This document shows positions 58,544 through 64,000 of a stretch of 64,000 bases of DNA, piece by piece. Source of the stretch: Mytilus edulis. Lineage: Eukaryota. The DNA is taken from contig NC_092357.1 in the NCBI RefSeq assembly GCF_963676685.1, positions 60,574,001-60,638,000 of the forward strand. The letters run 5' to 3'. Position 1 is the first letter of the stretch, and each line of letters opens with the position of its first letter. The notes beneath the pieces are model-generated. The model saw only the letters and a program-made list of their open reading frames with translations, was not told where the DNA came from and did no database searches. Position numbers and translations under genes: made by a program.

Positions 58544-61500
58544 TCAAAGTCTCAACCTCTGTGCATATATCTTCATTGCACGTAATTTTAGACAGAGGTC
58601 ATCGTAACCAATGACATGAAAAACTCGAATTAGTTCTTCAATATTTGCTAGAGGTCCTTTAAATTCTTTCCAGAATAGCATGGCATGGTACACCCTATCT
58701 TGCAACTTGTCCTTCCCGTAATACGTCTGCTCAAGTTCCGCCATTTTTTCTTCTGGGAACCGGAACTTCTTCATCAGGTACCTTAACTCGTTCTTGTTCA
58801 AATTAGTCTTGATAACATTGATCATCTTCATTAAAAGCAGTTCTGAAAAGATAGTCACATGATTCATGAATTTAGGGATTTCTCTCGACAACTGTGCACA
58901 TGTAATGCGCCATAGCCAAGACATTCTTTTTGTGTGCAAATAACTCTTCACTACATGCTTCTTTTAATATCAAAATATAAAGAAAATAGACAATTTCGAA
59001 TCGTACTGCAGAAAATCATTTGCAAACTAGTTATAGCTGACTATGCGGTATGGGTTATGATCATTAATTGTTTAAGACCGTACAGTCCCCTATAGTTTTT
59101 AACTGCTGCCAGTTGGTCTCTGATGGAGAGTTGTTTCATTTGCAATTATACCACATCTTTTTACTTTTATATCTATATCGCTTCTTTTGCTTATTACTCA
59201 TGATATGTGCCATACATTGTGAGTATTTGACAAGCTTCTGTGATAATGCTCGAAGCTGATATATAAAAAAAATAAAAAACGACTGAACATGTTTTCAATA
59301 AGTTAGCCTCTAAATCACGACTGTGGTAAGTGAGGAAGTAAGAAGGAAAATAAAATCCAATATAATAGTAGTTTCATTTCAGAAAAAGTTATAGACGAGT
59401 ATTAGTTCACTGGAACTAAGTCTTGCTTTTAAAGATTCGGCTTACGAAATCAATAGCATTTCGCATATATACTGATTAATCGGGTTTTGGTTTTTTGCCA
59501 CGCTATCATATTTACTAATGTTATAATGTAATGCTATCCGATGAAACATGATTTAACCGTTTTCTTGATTAGCAGTTTCATTACAGTGTTTTCTCGATTA
59601 GCAGTTTCAATACTGTGAACTACATGTTAAAGATACTTCTGAAGAAAACTAGAAGGCATTTATAATATAAAGTAAGATATTACGCTGTACTAGAGTTAAT
59701 CACTAGAACTTAACGCGGCAACAATGCCTGCAGATGACACGAACTTTATTTCTTTTTGTGACTTTAGCCTATAATGTTATAAGGGAACGAGAGTAAAGTT
59801 TTATTTACATGTTATATCTTAAAACAAGAGGCATTACAAATATTTCTCAACAGGAACATTTTCTAGTTATTCTATCTGTACTAAAATTTACTCCAATTAA
59901 TAGCTACTTTATATGCGTGTTGAAGAAAATAGATGTTGTTGTTTTTTTAACCGTTTTCCGCTAGTCATAGTGTTCCAGTGAAAAATTATAATCTTCATGA
60001 TAAGTAGATGTGGAAATAAGAAGTTGTGGTATGAGTGTCAATGACAACTCTCCCTCCAAGTCACATATAGTGTAAAAAGTAAACAATTAGAGGTCAAAAT
60101 ATGGCTCACACCGAACAACAAGTTATGAAGGGCCTCAAAAGGACTAGTGTAAAATAAATCAAACAGGAAAACCAACGGTCTAATCTACATAAAAACAAGA
60201 AACGGGAAACACTTATGAACCACATCAACAAATGACAACCAATGAAGAGGTTCGTTTAACTGGGTGTTGCATTGTGAACACTTATTCTGTGCTTGCTGAA
60301 TAACCTTTCTCACGACAAAAAGCATAACAAATCAGAAGTCAATGCTATTTTTGAAAGTTATCATCGATATGAAAAAAGTAAAGGAACACATTTTGGTCGA
60401 AGAGCAGAAACGCTTCATGTTTCAAAATGTTGAACGTTATTGTTTTCTTATACTTTAATAAGATCCTTTCACTTGTTATTTTCACGATAGATGTGAATTA
60501 ATGTTATATATCTAAGTAACAAAGAGAGATTAATAATCATATATAGTGTTGAGTCAATGATAGATTTACCTATAATAATTGTTAATCAAAATATCATTGG
60601 TCGCTTGTATCGGATATGTTCCTTATGTCGTAACTACCATCCCATTCCCTTTTCGCAAATGTGACCTACCGAATTAGACTATTTACCGGGTTTGTAATAA
60701 CATGAGTAACACGACGGGTACTACATGTGGAGCAGGATCTGCTTACCCTTCCAGATCACCTGAGATCACACTAGTTTTTGGTTGGGTGGGTGTTACTTAG
60801 TCTTTAGTTTTCTATGTTGTGTCTTCTGTACTATTATTTGTTTGTTTGTCTTTTTCTCCTTTAGTCATGACGTTGTCAGTTTATTTTCTATCTTTGAGTT
60901 TGACTGTCCCTCTGGTTTCATTCGCCTCTCTTTTGTAACTGGGTTTTCATGCAATATGAAAATGTGATAACACCACGTCATGTTTTTCACGTGTGATATG
61001 TTTCAGCCAATGAAAAAAAAAGATTATGTAAAATGTACTGTAACTGTTAGTTGGCAAAAGCATTTTATAATTTACAATTAAGCTCCTTCTACGAACTAGC
61101 CCATAGTTATATATATATATTTGTTCTTTTGAATCTAAATTTTATGGAAAAACATACTGATAACACGTGTTTCAAACATTTAAAGATTAACTTCACTGAT
61201 ATTTGATCTGAATTTGGTCAATTTTGATTTGGGGGGAACACCACAAAGGGGGCCCACAATTCTAAGTGAAGGTTTGTCAATAAAGATATGCTTTATAATT
61301 GTGCAAAATATGAAATACTATGAACAATGATTACGAAAGTAAAGACAATGATTTGACATACATTTTCTAGACCTATGATACAAAATTTAGTCACCTAAAT
61401 ACAAAATCAAAATGGTGTTTTGGAAATATTTTCAGAACACAAAGCAGCAAATGTGTGTCATGAAACTATATATTTTAGATAATCAGGTAACATTAATGTA

Positions 61501-64000
61501 TGTCTTCCAATAAAAAATAAATAAGAACAAACATAATTTTACCTTCAAATTTGTTAATGAAGTAATCTACAAACATTTAATTATACATGTAGCATTATGT
61601 AAATTTATTACATCAATATGCAATGCATGGGAAAGCTTTTAATATCAACACAATCAGGCAAACAACAAGATTTTGTGAAGATGGATATGTGGTTTCAAAG
61701 GGTTCAGATTTCGGGTAAAGGAGTTTAAGTGGTTTGATCATGAAAAACTAAAAAAAATATATAAATCACCCCCTCAAATGACACGATCACTCGTGGATGC
61801 ATATAAAAAATGATACGGCATGAAAGACTTAAATGTACTTTCCATAAGACAGGTCTCAGGCACGTAGAACAAATATTGATAACGTGATATATTAAATGTT
61901 GTTTTAAAAATAACTTCAATTGGCCGCTTGTTATCTAGAAGAGGTTTCGATAGGAGTGCAAATGATCATTAGTTCGATTTATACTTGTCAAAATTTAAAA
62001 TGCTGGGTTACACTATGAAATTAAGAAGATTTAGTATGATTGAAATTAGACAACTCTACACCAGAGACCAGATGATGAAGACGTTGACAACTGTATAGGT
62101 CATCTTACGGCCCTCAACAATGAGCAAAAGCCATACCGCAAATACAGTAAGCTATAAAAAGCCCCGAAATAACATTACTAGAATTACTGTAAATTTCGAT
62201 CTGCTTCAATTCAGGTTAATATTACGAACGAAAATGGCCATGTCTTGCTAGCCTATGACGTAAATTTTACAAAAAAATTAATAGCAATTTACATTTTACA
62301 CATGCACCAATATATAAACCCAAAACCTCATTTTTTATTTTCAACCAGTTTTTAATTCTTAAGCGATTAAAAGCACCAGCTCCAAAACAACGCACGAACA
62401 CAAATGAGGACACAATGAGCAATTTCAAAACTCACGTGCATGACTCTGGGACTGGATATAAAGGTCTGGATCATTTCTTTATTCTTAAATTTTTATACCA
62501 TTTTCTATATTGAGCATTATTTAGTTTGCCCATTATTCTTTATTCCTTGTCTGTTTTACTTATTTTTCATCATTTTTTTTATTATTCCTATTTATTCTGC
62601 ATTTTTTGTCCAGTTTTCTCAATTTTATAAACCCCATCCAGACCCTCACGTATTTTTAATTATACATAAACTAACCTTCTCGTTCTAGTGCCCTTCTGAT
62701 GAAACGACCAATCGGCTGCATTACACCACTAACACAGACGTCCATTGGTGGAGTTTTCAATGGGTTGTTATGGATACGAAGGTCTTTCAGCTTTGATAAG
62801 TTGTCAAAGTTTTCTGGGAGAGATGTCAAACAGTTGTCATTCAAATGCAAAACCTGTAACTGTGGAATATCGCAGATGGACTTTGGCAATGTGTGAATGT
62901 CATTGTTGTCTGCAATAATCGATTTGATGTTGCGCATGCCACTTATGGTATTGGGAAGAGTTCGTAGCGAGTTCTTTGAAAGAATTAGATAAGAGATACT
63001 TGAAAACTCTATCTCGTCTGGAATAAGTGGAAGCTGATTTCCGTTTTCTTGGTCAAATTTTAACCTTTCTAGATTTGGTATGGAGAAAACAGTTTTTGGA
63101 AATTCTAAAAACTGGTTATTAGAAAGGTCAAGGTCGTTGAGGTTCTCCATTTCAGCCACTGTTTCTGGAACTTCCTGCAGACGATTCGTTGACATGTCTA
63201 AAACCTGTAATTCTTTCAATGCACAGAGATCAGTATCAAATGATTTGATATTGTTTTGGTTTATTTTCAAAACAACAAGTCTATCAAGTTGAGAAATAAC
63301 GGGTGGGAGAAATTCAATCGAATTATTACTTATATCTAATACCTCCAGAAGCTTGAGCTCGCAGACGACCTTGGGAAATATCGAAAACTTGTTATTGTTC
63401 AAGTTCAACTGACGGAGTCGAATAAGGCCTTTGAAGTCGTCTGCTAGAGTCTCGAGCTCATTGCCGTCTGCTGATAAGATTTCAAGATGAACCAGAGAAC
63501 CAATGGCGTCCGGTAATGTCTTGAAATGATTATTTGAAAGCACAAGGGTATGCAGTTTTCGAAGATTCTCGATTTCGATGGGGAATGATGATAGGTCGTT
63601 TTTCAGCAAGCTCAAAACTTCCAGCTGTGAACACCAGCATAAGTTTTCTGGAACTTCTTTGATGCAATTGTCTCCTAAATAGAGCTCTCGTAGGTCATAG
63701 AGTTTTGCAATAGTGTCAGGAATAACAGTGATTTTGTTGTTTTCTAGCCCAATGACCTCTAGTCGTTGCAATTGAAATAATTCCTCTGGTATTTCTTCAA
63801 GGTCATTGCTATTTAAACCTAAAATAGTTAGATTTTTTAATTGACCTATTTCTGGTTGAATTTCTTTAAGACGATTTCCAGAGAGTGCCAGCTCAGCAAG
63901 ATTTTCCAACCACAAAACTTGAATAGGGATAAATTCAAAATCGTTGTCGTCAAGGATAAGTTTTTCTAAAGCTAGAAAATTTTCCGTGTCACGTGGCAAA
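58544..64000 (-). CDS. LRRD1: Leucine-rich repeat and death domain-containing protein 1-like, 3' part (gene starts beyond the window)
   Basis: Exon >64000-62676 encodes ~18 typical 23-aa LRRs (LxxLxLxxNxLxxLP) with the cap NNPLKTPPMDVC. A phase-1 splice joins exon 58842-58544, encoding a death-fold domain (EELLLMKMINVIKTNL...RVYHAMLFWKE...LIRVFHVIGYDDLCLKLRAMKIYAQRLRL*) that resembles the LRRD1 C-terminus as I recall it. Confidence 0.85.

Noticed and set aside
11261-64000. cGLR + protease + LRR-death gene (+ retrozyme RNA ligand) as one co-functional immune system
   Set aside because: Adjacency in a eukaryotic genome is weak evidence, and nothing in the sequence shows shared regulation or interaction.

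Overview
AT-rich, intron- and repeat-rich eukaryotic DNA. The repeat families and gene content suggest a bivalve mollusc, probably Mytilus-like (inference). Four spliced protein genes were reconstructed by hand from GT-AG junctions with matching phases. (1) The 3' end of a single-pass membrane protein gene (+, 376-6205). (2) A complete 444-aa cGAS-like receptor / Mab-21 nucleotidyltransferase with an intact catalytic motif (+, 11261-14903). (3) A 22-exon, ~1126-aa M12B (ADAM/ADAMTS-type) metalloprotease (-, 52467-19725) with a cysteine-free prodomain, three tandem [ADAMTS Cys-rich + PLAC-like] modules, a Ser/Thr stalk and a probable GPI signal. (4) The 3' part of LRRD1 (-, >64000-58544). The most striking non-coding signal is about a dozen dispersed minimal type I hammerhead ribozyme motifs in two covarying subfamilies, including a ~368-bp tandem dimer typical of non-LTR retrozymes. 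All four fully intact copies are on the + strand, and three of them are antisense inside the protease introns. The window also holds a 7-kb non-autonomous element with ~750-bp terminal inverted repeats, TTAA (Kolobok-like) MITEs, a nested Tc1 remnant, a tRNA-derived SINE with a 12-bp TSD, Helentron-type HINEs and several minisatellites. Exon models and family assignments are by eye; no searches were run.
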